Source: Adineta vaga (Eukaryota; Animalia; Rotifera). Taken from it: 64,000 nt of DNA. The position numbers and the translations under genes were made by a program. Positions 36,926 through 48,182 of the stretch are shown in pieces (positions within the stretch are counted from its first letter, which is position 1; every line of letters starts with the position of its first letter). The stretch spans positions 1,054,001 through 1,118,000 of the forward strand of contig CP075494.1 of assembly GCA_021613535.1 (NCBI GenBank). Reading direction: 5' to 3'. The notes under the pieces were generated by a model that worked only from the letters and a program-made list of their open reading frames with translations, was not told where the DNA came from and did no database searches.

Positions 36926-38374
36926 ATGTCAAATCTTATTTCATTAAGACGATCTATTCGTAAATGTCAATGTTATTCATCAAGAAGACATTTTCTTTGT
37001 CTATTTCTTTTTCTAATTATTATTTTTCTCTATAATACATTCTCATCAACAACGAATCTCTTAGATCAATGTATGTACGATAAAAGTGAATGTTATTCTG
37101 ATATTGATCAATCATTAAATCGTTATTTTAAAGAATATAAAGATAAATATTCGATGCTATTAACCTATCATCCAAAAATTGATTGTAATTCTGGTCGTTA
37201 TTTATTAATAAATAATTCGAAATTTTCACGTATTCATGATGGAACAGGATCTGTTTTAATGTGGTATTTAGGCTTATTAAATCTAGCATATGAATTTAAT
37301 TTAACTTTAATACATTTTGATTGGATTGCTGAACATTCATATGATGAAAATAATGTTGAAAGAGAAAAATATTGGTTATTTTATCATTGGCAAATACCTT
37401 ATTCAGCTTATCAATCATGTCCAAATGATTCATTTGTACGAAAGAATATTTTTTCATATAATTTGCTTTCTAATCAAACATTTAATCAAGGAAAACAAAT
37501 CTTTACAATAAAATATGATTTAAAAAATTTATTTTCTCAATTTTTAAATAATCTTCCAAATAAAAATCATGGTTTTACATTTTATTCTCATCGAACATTA
37601 TCAATAACATCATCATTAATGAAATTAGGTATTGTTATGGAAATTCGATGGTGGTTACAACATAGAAAATTATATCAATATCCAAATGGAGTTTGGGCAG
37701 GATTATCAATTCCATTAAATAATCAAAATCACTTATTAACATGTCCGAAGATTGATTTGGAAAATAGTTTATTGATTGGTGTTCATATTCGTCAAGGTGA
37801 TATAATTAAACGTGATAAACAAGGTCGAATTGTATTTAATATACTTCAACGTTATATATCAACTTCTGCTTATGCACCATTGTTAATATTTTTACTAAAA
37901 TCTTTACCAAATCAAATTGAAAAACGATATTTTATAACAATTTATAGTGAAGGTTATACAAAGGATTTCAATGATATTCTTATGGAATTAAATAAAATTT
38001 TACCTGAATCATCTTGTCGAATATCATTGATTTTAAATGGACGAACATCGGAAACATTTAATCGTTTAGTACGTGATGATATTTTAATTCATGCTTATAG
38101 TACATTTAGTTTAGCTTCAGGAATATTTAATAGTAGACAATTAAAAATAGGTCCAATTCATAATCGACAACGAGTTCATGGTATGAGAAATTTTATTGGT
38201 TTAAATTTAGATTCTAATCATACGAAATTTCAATTAACAAATGAAAAAAAACATTTAATTCAACAAAGAATTTCTTATATTTGGAAACAGAAACAAAAAC
38301 AAAAACAAACTTTTCTTCCATTATGGTTAAATAATTATTCAAATGATTATCCACAACAATTTATGTTTATTTAA
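36926..38374 (+). CDS. Type II membrane GT-B glycosyltransferase, fucosyltransferase-like
   Basis: N-terminal TM (FLCLFLFLIIIFLY), IGVHIRQGD (HxRxxD donor-binding motif) and STFS motif; intronless, 482 aa. Confidence 0.7.
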   Translation: MSNLISLRRSIRKCQCYSSRRHFLCLFLFLIIIFLYNTFSSTTNLLDQCMYDKSECYSDIDQSLNRYFKEYKDKYSMLLTYHPKIDCNSGRYLLINNSKFSRIHDGTGSVLMWYLGLLNLAYEFNLTLIHFDWIAEHSYDENNVEREKYWLFYHWQIPYSAYQSCPNDSFVRKNIFSYNLLSNQTFNQGKQIFTIKYDLKNLFSQFLNNLPNKNHGFTFYSHRTLSITSSLMKLGIVMEIRWWLQHRKLYQYPNGVWAGLSIPLNNQNHLLTCPKIDLENSLLIGVHIRQGDIIKRDKQGRIVFNILQRYISTSAYAPLLIFLLKSLPNQIEKRYFITIYSEGYTKDFNDILMELNKILPESSCRISLILNGRTSETFNRLVRDDILIHAYSTFSLASGIFNSRQLKIGPIHNRQRVHGMRNFIGLNLDSNHTKFQLTNEKKHLIQQRISYIWKQKQKQKQTFLPLWLNNYSNDYPQQFMFI

Positions 38375-38732
38375 TTAAATAAACATCTATGACAGTTTGA
38401 TTAGAGTGTAGACACGATAAAATATCATTTTGATTTATTTAAAAGAAAGAAATTTAATAAATTGTTAAATACATAGAATAACATGGAACATCATCGTAAC
38501 CTCCACTAGTACATACTGGGATTAAAAGTGCTTCAGCTGAATTTTCAAGACGAGTTAGAGTTAAAATTTGTTTTTTATGAAAATTAGTTCCATTAAAAAC
38601 TAATTGTGTTGGTGTCCATTTAAAACAATTTCGACATAAAAATGGTTTCCAATAAATCATAACTGAATCATTATGATTAATTTGATGAGGAGGAGCAGGA
38701 AGCCAAACTTGAACTTTTTTACTTTCCTTTAA

Positions 38733-39849
38733 CCCTTTGAGGCCTGAATTATTTCTGCCGAATTGAAGTTTGATAAAACATACTATTAAGCATTTATATG
38801 ATATTACGACACCTCTGGTTAGGTTAAAATCAAACCATGTGTGATTATATGGTTACCTATTTATTCATTTCAATGCTGATACACATAGTTTTGATGATAC
38901 AAAGAAAAACAATTTTTCACACATAAACCAACACCGCAAAAAGTACATATCACATCCGTCCTTTTCTGTTTTTCTTTCGTACTACAATAAGCACATCTAC
39001 GACGAGTTGAAATAACTTCTGGCATATGAGCTAACAGCTGCGGTTTTTCAGAACTTTTTGTGTCATTTATGCTCTTTTCGATGCGCATCTTCTTCTGATT
39101 ACTCATTGCCAAAGGTCTTCCTGGTCTTTTTCTACTACAATAATTATCTATCAGTGCAGTACTAATAGACGATATATATTCTACTGTACTAATATCACTA
39201 TTAGAAAAATGTTTATAATAGATGAATGAGTTCACCAATGACATACCAAGGAAATGTAAAAATATTCTTATCCAGTTTCTCTTTAATTTTCGACCAGTTG
39301 TATAATACTTAATTTTTTGATCCGATAGATCCACTCCTCCCATGTACTTATTGTACTCAACAATTGCTAACGGACAAGAAATTTGCTTTCTATTTCCATC
39401 TTTATCTCGTCGACTAACTTCACCCTTAACTGCAGGATCAAAGTAGTTTGATGCAATAAGAACTTCTTTCTTGTCCATCCATTTTATTACGGAAACTCCA
39501 TTAGATGTTAGATATCGATAATCGCCTCTCTCAAGTTTTTCTTTTTTCTTCAATTCAGTTGGAAAATATTTTCTATCTGAACGAATTGTACCAGTAGCTG
39601 AAATTTTATTTCTCCTAAGCTTGTGAAGTAATCGTAACGAAGTAAAATAATTATCAAAAAACAATTGACTATTTTTCATGCTTATTCCATTTACTAATGA
39701 CATAACCACATGCTCCCCTAATGACAAATATCGTTCTGTATTTTTTCCTGTATAAATTTCACCACGACACAAAAAATCAAAACACGAATTTTTCAAAATT
39801 AGAAGTTTTCGCTAGGTGGTACATATATGTACCACTGGGACTCAAATGG
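38733..39849 (-). mobile_element. piggyBac element, internally deleted (1117 bp)
   Basis: TTAA at 38729-38732 and 39850-39853; imperfect TIRs CCCTTTGAGGCC / CCATTTGAGTCC; subterminal palindrome gtggtacatatatgtaccac. Confidence 0.92.
38870..39796 (-). CDS. piggyBac transposase, C-terminal half
   Basis: FFDNYFTS, GTIR, KWMD and YNKYMGGVDLSD motifs, Cys-rich tail RRRCAYC...C..C...LC..CF..YH; N-terminal half absent. Confidence 0.9.
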   Translation of the reverse strand: MKNSCFDFLCRGEIYTGKNTERYLSLGEHVVMSLVNGISMKNSQLFFDNYFTSLRLLHKLRRNKISATGTIRSDRKYFPTELKKKEKLERGDYRYLTSNGVSVIKWMDKKEVLIASNYFDPAVKGEVSRRDKDGNRKQISCPLAIVEYNKYMGGVDLSDQKIKYYTTGRKLKRNWIRIFLHFLGMSLVNSFIYYKHFSNSDISTVEYISSISTALIDNYCSRKRPGRPLAMSNQKKMRIEKSINDTKSSEKPQLLAHMPEVISTRRRCAYCSTKEKQKRTDVICTFCGVGLCVKNCFSLYHQNYVYQH

Positions 39850-40922
39850 TTAATTCTATTGTTATTTCACTTGGATCATAAGATATTCCAAGATCACCAT
39901 CTCGACATTCTTCAGACCAATTCTTTGGAATTGATTCAAAATATATATCACTGGGTTTTTCTTGAGAATAAATTGTATAATTTTCTATTCTTCGAATAGT
40001 TTGTGTATCATCATGAATAACTTCTAAATATCGAATAGGAATATTTGTATTTTTATGAAAATATATTTCTTGACATCGATAAATTTCACCAGTATCAATT
40101 TGACACGTTTCATTTGAATACCAATAATCTTCATTTTTCGATGAATTCATTGAATGAATCATTGGATAATTAAAATTTAAATAATTTTTAATTCGATATA
40201 AACTATCATTACCCCAATGGAATGGAAATAAACCAAATGAATTCGAACTATATTCCCAATATGTTAAATAAGAACAAAGATTATTTCTATTATTTTCATT
40301 TAAAATTAATTGAACATAATGTTTTGCTTGTGGTGAATCAGATTTTGCATATGGTATGTGTTGCATTACATAAGCAATATCAGTATCTTCATTACTTATA
40401 TTTAGTTTTAAATAAGCACGTTGATTTATTTCATCAATTGCAATTATTGTTTTATTATTATCAGGAGAGAAAATAACTTGTTCAGGAAAATAAGGTTGTG
40501 TTGATTGAACGAAATGTTGATGAAATATGAAAATGAATAAACATAAAAACAACAATTTCATCTTTTTATTATCAAAAATAATATTATTTCAACGCTAAAC
40601 TGATATATTTATACAAAAGAAAAGAAAGATTACTAATGTATATAGTTTTATCTTTTAACAACTCATGAAAACATGTTGATATCATTCTTACGTGAGGTTT
40701 CATTTCGTAAATATAGGATATATTTTTATCAATGAAAGTTTTTGTTATGAGAGCTTCTGCTAGAAAGTGAAATAAAACTATTTTAGTCTTTTCTGTCGAA
40801 ATTTGGCCTCTAGCACTCTTAAGAACAATCGAGAATCCTGATAAGTAAGTTACGTAAAGCCGTGAACAGGTGATTCTGATATAAAGAGAACAAATAAATA
40901 ACTCAAATGAAGATCTTCAACT

Positions 40923-41183
40923 ATGGAATCATTACCATCACGATCACAGCCATCTATTCAAAATGAATGTCGAGGGTCGTGGATTGACAGTAAATTACGA
41001 AAACATTTTTGTAGCGTTCCAGTGTTACTCTCTGGTATTTGTGTGATATTAATCATACCGATAACAAAATTAATTATTGGCATTATTCATTACGGTGACT
41101 GTCCTATACGATCATCTGTAGCCATTTATACGATTACATGTGCTTCGGTGGAAATAATTAGAATAAAGGGGGATGAAAAATGA
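40923..41183 (+). pseudogene. TMEM272-like membrane protein fragment (truncated)
   Basis: IPITKLIIGIIHYGDCPI....IY resembles the IG..Y...CP..IP.YL pattern; ORF stops after ~2 TM and I found no further exon. Confidence 0.45.
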
Positions 41184-41264
41184 ATTCGTATTTCATCTTC
41201 GAAATATTTCTACGAATTCAAATGATTTTTTTCTAAAAAAAAACTCTTTTTGCACATAAATATG

Positions 41265-41325
41265 CATCTTGAGGGTGTGGATGTATATGACTAGCTAGTC
41301 CTCACCCCACACGCACACCGTCAAG
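41265..41325. repeat. Telomere-like inverted-arm element
   Basis: catcttgagggtgtggatgt ... ccccacacgcacaccgtcaag. Confidence 0.7.
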
Positions 41326-41828
41326 TTAGGTTCTCTATTAATCCTCTGCTATACCCTAAAAAATCAACTAAAAGTCCTACTCGACGCCTCGTAGAGACGA
41401 GATGATCATCATGTGACGTAAGGCAAATCTGCGAGAACAGAAGCATTTTTTTGAAAAAATCTAAACATGTTTGAACGTGTCTAGAATAAAAAAATTTTCA
41501 TATGGATACGAATAGAAACTTCTTTTTAAACTAATTAGTTATATTAGAACGATGTATGGAACATGAGATACTAAATTATTCATTTTATTTTATGTAAGTA
41601 CATGACTTTTCTTATATCAAACAACATCCCATCAAATACTAATCTTAGCATTGAATTTTTTCACTTCTACACTAATAATAGCTACAAACTATGTAATGAC
41701 ATCCGTCAAAAACTTTTAATTAAAGAGTTATAGATTATTTTATTATTCAAACCAAAATCATTTTCACAAATAGATTTTGAGAAGATTCTATACTTCATTT
41801 CATCTCGTATTATACTTTTTCAAAAATT

Positions 41829-42740
41829 ATGTTTGAGAACAATTCATTGTCAATATCCATTGAATTATGGTTTATTCCATTGGATATTTTTATGATTATT
41901 TGTCTCATATTTGTTATTATACCAATTTTAATCTTTTTATTTATTATTCTATTTGATCAGACATGTCATACAATACCTATGATACTTATTGCCAATTCAT
42001 GTTTAGCACAATTCGTTTTAGGAAGTGATCGACTCGTAATAAGTGGATCTGCATTATATAATGATTTATATAAAATTCCATATCAATATTCATATTGTAT
42101 ATTTTCCGGTTATATGACCTATGTTTCTAGTGCTATGCTTAATTATTCATTTTTATTACAAGCATTTTATCGATACGTTACTGTTATTTATCCGACACGT
42201 ATATTCTGGCAAAGAAAACGAAATCAAATTTTTCTTATTGGTATAACATGGTTCTATGCACTTTTATTTCCTATTGTTTTTCTATTGACTGATGGTATTA
42301 TTTATAATGTTGACAATCAAATCTGTCAAATGTCATTAAAACTTTCATTTTCAATCTTATTTGCTGCATTTTCTATTTATATAATTCCTATAGTTATAAC
42401 TCTTTTTATTTATTGGAAATTAGTTCATTATGTCCATGAAATGAATCAAAGAACAACATCGGTTAATACATTAATTCGTGCAAAACGAGAATTGAAAATG
42501 TTTCGTCGTACAATAATACTTTTATTAATCATATTTACTATCGATTTTCCCTATGCATTATTTATGTTTATGTCATTTTTTAATCAAGCACCTAAATATC
42601 ATTTTCGTATTGCTTATGTATTTGTTGATATTGCCTTGGCATGTGTAATGATTGCTTTATTTCAATTCACAGATCCATTGAAAAAATCGATTAAACAAAA
42701 ACTTCATCTACGATCAGTAGTTGCGCCAATAATGGCATAA
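41829..42740 (+). CDS. Divergent rhodopsin-like 7TM GPCR
   Basis: Seven hydrophobic segments, QAFYRY (DRY-like) in TM3, RE.KM.RR before TM6; intronless, 303 aa. Confidence 0.85.
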   Translation: MFENNSLSISIELWFIPLDIFMIICLIFVIIPILIFLFIILFDQTCHTIPMILIANSCLAQFVLGSDRLVISGSALYNDLYKIPYQYSYCIFSGYMTYVSSAMLNYSFLLQAFYRYVTVIYPTRIFWQRKRNQIFLIGITWFYALLFPIVFLLTDGIIYNVDNQICQMSLKLSFSILFAAFSIYIIPIVITLFIYWKLVHYVHEMNQRTTSVNTLIRAKRELKMFRRTIILLLIIFTIDFPYALFMFMSFFNQAPKYHFRIAYVFVDIALACVMIALFQFTDPLKKSIKQKLHLRSVVAPIMA

Positions 42741-43405
42741 ATAAATAATATGACAAAGACGAACAATTTCAATGAGAAAATTGTTGCGAGTGTGAATGAT
42801 CGTTTAACAAAAAGTAAAAATATCCAACAGTATATTTTTAAGAAATATTAATCAATTCTTCTGCTTTAAATTTTGAGTGAATAATAGAAGAGAAGAATTG
42901 TGAGAAGTACTCAAAAACAATTGTTCAATCATGGTTTATTCATACACTTTCGTTGTCATTAATTTAGTGATAATTAGTTTGACATATAAAACATTTATTC
43001 TCATATCATTTTTGAATTGTTTATATATTTGTGACACGTTATTCGTATTTATAATGTTGCTTTATTTCAATTCACAGATGTACTTAAAGTTTTAATATGT
43101 CGGTGTTGTATTAATTTAAATAAAACTTCAAATACGAATCGAAACTTATCTTGATAAATCTTCATTCTTCTATCTCTTAATTATATTGAGCAGTAGACAA
43201 AACACTAATAAAAATATATAGTTATTTTCTTTATTTCTAATTTTCCTCACCCACATCATGTGTATTACACATATAAACGAAAAATTTATCTTTTTCTTTA
43301 GTAATTCGTTTTCCATCTGTCTCCAATTTGATTGTTACAAAGGTGGAGCGTGATGAGTGTCTGCATAAGAGAAGAAAGATAGAGATGAAGAGAAAACGTG
43401 TATTG

Positions 43406-43464
43406 TGAGGGTGGGTGTGGATGGGATTGATCAGTAAATATGCCACACCCACGCCCTCAAGATG
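43406..43464. repeat. Telomere-like inverted-arm element
   Basis: tgagggtgggtgtggat ... gccacacccacgccctcaagatg. Confidence 0.7.
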
Positions 43465-44638
43465 TCGCAAAGATCGAAAATTACTAATTTATGTTCATCA
43501 CAAATCACGTTAATAAACACACAGATTCGAACTCTTATCAAATAATAACAAAGAAAAGAGAACAAGTCAATTTTTTCTTTTTGTCAAAGGTAAACATCAG
43601 AAAATAGTCAGAAGATTGTATGAGTGGATTAAAACCATTCGTAAATTATTTTTCTTGATTTTCTTCTATTTTTAATTTCATTTTTACGCATTACAATTGG
43701 GTTTTATTCCATTCTACCTTCTCACTCCTCTTTCGTCTATATAAGTCACTGACATCACTCCACAGTGAAAAGAATTGATCTTTCATTTAAAATACGAAAC
43801 AAGAACGATAAAAAATGGTCGAACAAATTGAAGAAACTGGAAAACTGAATGTGGTACTGATAACAATTGGCCATGTCGAAATTGTGGTTGTCTGAACTAC
43901 AGACTGTGACGATTTTTGATGGAGGAGATGCATGCGCTGATTGGACTACGCGTTTATTTATTTCTTCCTCACATGAATCGCATCGATATGATACAAAACA
44001 CACGCTTATATACTCATCCGTCAATAGAAGGAAAGGAAAGGTAATATCAAAGTACAGCAAAATGTACCGAAGTGAGGACAAACAGCATGCGTACAGCGCA
44101 TGTAAGCGAGAGCGTCACACAGACCATGGAAGGAGAATCATTGTCAATGTAGTCATCATTACGACGATCACATACACAGTTAAAATAAATGTGTATGATG
44201 ACAAAACATAAACTGAACAATTTTACTAAACTAATCGTAAAACTTATTCTTATAATAAAATTCAGAATTTTTCTATTAATATATCTTCCGATAAATATCA
44301 TGATAATTTACTGTTTAGGCTTTCAGGAATAAATGTCGAAAGATTATAATTAACAAAATGCACCGAACAACATCAAATATTCGATATTTACAATATGTTT
44401 CATATGTTAATGTTTCATTTTCTCGATAATAACGAAAACTTTCATTAATATTCATTAAAAACATGGTTTTCGAATCAGTTTTGCAGGATAGGTATTTGTC
44501 ACGTTCAGTACATATTATAAGATGTGATTACGCGGAAAGTTAGATCTCATTGAAATATGAAATTTTCTGCAGCAAAAAAAAGACAGAACTTTTGTTAGGA
44601 TTTACAGGAATAAAAATCGAATCGTTTACAGTTTTATT

Positions 44639-46079
44639 CTGGGATCGGATTCGACCTATATTTCCTATAAATCCTATGTTTTTGAAAAATCCTATAATTT
44701 GTCCTATCTAGCGCTTATTTTACCTATTTTTCCTATATTACGTCAAGAAAGGAAGGTAAAAGTGTAAAAACCAATCAGTTTTGTTATATTTGGCCCTTAC
44801 CCATTAAAGAGTTCATATACAGGGCTATATAGAAGTCGTGTACCAAAGAGAAGCTTTGATATCTGTATGAAGAATGATTTAATTGTGTTGTTATTTCCAC
44901 CGGTGATAGAGGATCGCAAAGATAGAAAATATTGCATTGTCTTGAGGGGTATACAGAATCTTACAAAAATTAACCCTTTGCAGACGGAATTCCTACATAT
45001 AGCATCGGGAGTATTTCTCAAAATTTGATGATGATATATATACTTCAAATCAATTAAAAGTGCGAAGAAATACCGTGTCGACTGACTTTCTGTCTTAGTA
45101 AAATTCCTCATCAGATTTAAAAAGTACATGAACCTCTTTATATGAGAAGCGTTCCAAATTTTTACTGAAGGTCTCGAATATATCCTATGATTTTTTTCAA
45201 AACTTTATTTACGAATGTTTTCAGAACTATTGGGAAGATTTTTCGAGTGATTATCAAAGAAGTTTTCAGATCTAAGTGTGTTCAACAAAGAACGTAGTAC
45301 TCTTTTCTACCTTAAAAGTATCTTATTTTTCAAATTTCACTTTAAAAAAACTAATAACAGCTTCCAACAAAAAACTCGCATTTTTAAAGTGAGTGGTCTT
45401 CGCATACGGTTGGCAACTTGAAATTTCAAAAGGAACTTTCTAAGATAGGAACTTATAATACGGAGGAGGAAGTTAACGAAGGGCTTGATCTTTTCAAAGA
45501 AATCGTTTTCGAAGAGTTAATTGTTTGCTTAGTTGTCTTTTTGCTTTTGTTCATAGTTTACTGATTAACTCAGGCATGAAGTCCAAATGAGAATGATTCT
45601 TTTCAACAAAACTTGACTGAACGGTGATGGGAGTGAAGGAACGCAAAGCCTAAATTAATCTGTAAAAATTATGTAAAGTAATGTCTTACTCATATTTTAC
45701 AAACGGTTTCTATGAAAAAGAATTAAGCAAGTCCTGATGCAATTGCTACCTGTATTTTACTCAAAGGAAACGTTAGTCAATCAGAGATAGCGTTTTAGAG
45801 TACATATTAGAACTAATTGAACTCATTCATTAAAACGAAATCAATCTATCATTCTTGTAAAAGGAAGTTAGGTATGTTTGATGACGTCCAGCTACTTAGA
45901 TTCATTCTATTCGTAAAAATTCTCGTCCACTAATGTCATAATTATTAAACTTTCAAGTAGAATCAATCTATTTAATAAATCCTATATTATTCTTATTTTC
46001 TATAAAAAATCCTATGTTTTAGAAGAATTGAATCCTGTTTGAATTCCTATGTTTTTAAAAAATCGTAATCCGATGCCAG
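44639..46079. mobile_element. Non-autonomous DNA transposon with 8-bp TSD (1441 bp)
   Basis: TSD GTTTTATT at 44631-44638 and 46080-46087; TIRs CTGGGATCGGATT / AATCCGATGCCAG; subterminal tcctat repeats at both ends. Confidence 0.8.
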
Positions 46080-47973
46080 GTTTTATTGGTTTGAACACTG
46101 TTACGTCTTTTGTATTACCTGTTAGAATATTTTAATGTTCGGTAGATATTGATAAGTATAGGAAGTGATGGATCAAAGGGATACTGATCGCGATATGAAT
46201 ACTTTGACGGTTCTTTGAAAGTTTTTTAGTAAACAGCTAGAAAATCGATTTCTTGACGAAATGAGACAAAGTAATTCGAGAATCTTTTTATTAACATATC
46301 CATAGGTATCAATCGCAATGATGTTAGCATCGAAATTTCTTCATAAGTTATCAAACAATAATTGGACGTTCAAAGTAAGGAATATTCCTAGGTCAAACAA
46401 TCCGGTCTGGAATTGTCCAGTTCCATCGTATCAATCAAAATTACTTTATAGTGTTAGGTAAGCTGAGAAAATCATACTACAGAAGTATTCTACAATTGTA
46501 TCTATTTAGTTGAATTAATGAAGATCGCTATGTTTCATCTGTTTAACATTTGATTCTTGATTTTTTTTCTGTAACATAACCATTTCTTATATAAATGCTT
46601 TTCTTCTTTATTGCACTCAATTCTAAATGTATTTAAATAAAATAAAAGCAACGAAAAATAACAAAAAAAGGCTGGATTAAAATAGAAGATAGCTGAAAAT
46701 CAGAACTCTATAGTTGACTAATAATAAGCAATAAGTATTTTTCCGAAGTGAGTATAAATATATGTTTGATTGATACTAAATTAATTCTCAGGTATGACAA
46801 AGATGATGTTATCCACTATGTTCTTTGATCGTACTATTATGTATTATTTTGTTTTGAATTCCTCAGTAAGTTTTCCACAAACTATCTAGAGTGCTTCAAC
46901 TGAGATAAACGTTCACTAGGAGCAGACATATCAGACTTGTCATAGAAAATGATCTGCAAAAAAGAATAAGTGGTCATATGTCAATTTATCTCATTTAACA
47001 CAGATGGAATTCTTCGTCTTTTTTTTACTTAAATATGTAACACTCGCTACGAAACAAATATTAATAAATAACGCAAGAACGTCTCTTCTAATAAGAGAGA
47101 ATGTTATGGATACTGTAGAATTATTTTCTTGAATACACGTCTTCTAAAGTTTTTGTTCGTGCAGTATAGCGAAAATCAGTTTGTATTTTTATGTAAAAAT
47201 AACGAACTAAAGACTATCAAATCAAGTTTTTCTATTAGAATTTTCATGAAAAATGTATTATCTAGTGATGAATTAAATATTTAAATCAATACAAAATGAA
47301 TCAATTTATTCATCTTGTTAGTCATTTATGTATCAAGGTTTTTCTTTTCTCGTGGAATACACAAAGGATGCATGCTAAAGCGATATACTTGATTATAATC
47401 ATAAACTACTGATGAGATGCAGAAGAATGTTTTATTTCAACATATGTCCCATTATATTTACATAATGACAGTCTGAAGTTACAAATGAAAAGTAAAGAAC
47501 GAACGAATAAGTTTGGAAGAAAGAAAAAAAGCCGTCGAAGTAGTTTACATAGATGAAAAGAAATGTGAGAGAAAAGTAATATTGAAACGTTGTCTATAAA
47601 GAAAAAGTTTGGAGCAGTACACAAAAAAGAAGGACGTGTTGATTATGAAGTAAGAATACTTGTCGATTGATATTTTTTTAATATTAAATTAATTTTACAT
47701 ATCAAGTCAGGATATTTCGATATCGACTATCATCAATACGTAAGTTTTATTTTTTCTAGAAGTATAGGCAAAAAACAAACTGATAAATTCTATTGAAATA
47801 CTTATTAAAGAATATGTGGCTAACATACATTCTGAAAATTATATTATCCCTTGGAATAGCGAGACGTCTTCAGGAAAATACTAAATGGTGGATTTAGTTT
47901 CACCAATGATTTGCTTTCATATGATCTTCGCAATCAGTTGCACACAAACAGTCTATTGATTTTAGTACAAATG

Positions 47974-48156
47974 TAGAATAGGGACACTATCTATAAATGT
48001 AACACAGTGACAGAACGAGAAAAAAAAAATATTAGTAGAGAAGCATATCAACAGTGAACCAAAATACTGGTTCAAGGTTAAAATGCTTCTCTACCAATGT
48101 AATTTTTTTTGTCGTTCTGACATCGTGTTATATTTATAGATAGTGTCCCTATTCTA
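47974..48156. mobile_element. Hairpin MITE (183 bp, TA-flanked)
   Basis: Perfect 25-bp inverted ends tagaatagggacactatctataaat / atttatagatagtgtccctattcta; interior also imperfectly palindromic. Confidence 0.8.
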
Positions 48157-48182
48157 AACTTGTACTGTCAAGATTTTTCTAG

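Larger units (their letters stand above)
38454..40561 (-). pseudogene. Secreted ~328-aa protein gene interrupted by a piggyBac insertion
   Basis: Signal peptide MKLLFLCLFIFIF; removing 38733-39849 plus one TTAA gives ...ITIEL-KESKKVQVWLPAPPH...MIYWKP, a 987-nt open frame. Confidence 0.85.

Noticed and set aside
43040-43095. Short match (ttgctttatttcaattcacagat) to the TM7 region of the 41829 GPCR
   Set aside because: Probably a remnant of a tandem paralog, but too short to model
43755-44301. Overlapping 84-114-aa ORFs on both strands
   Set aside because: No recognisable motifs or splice structure; cannot be supported as genes
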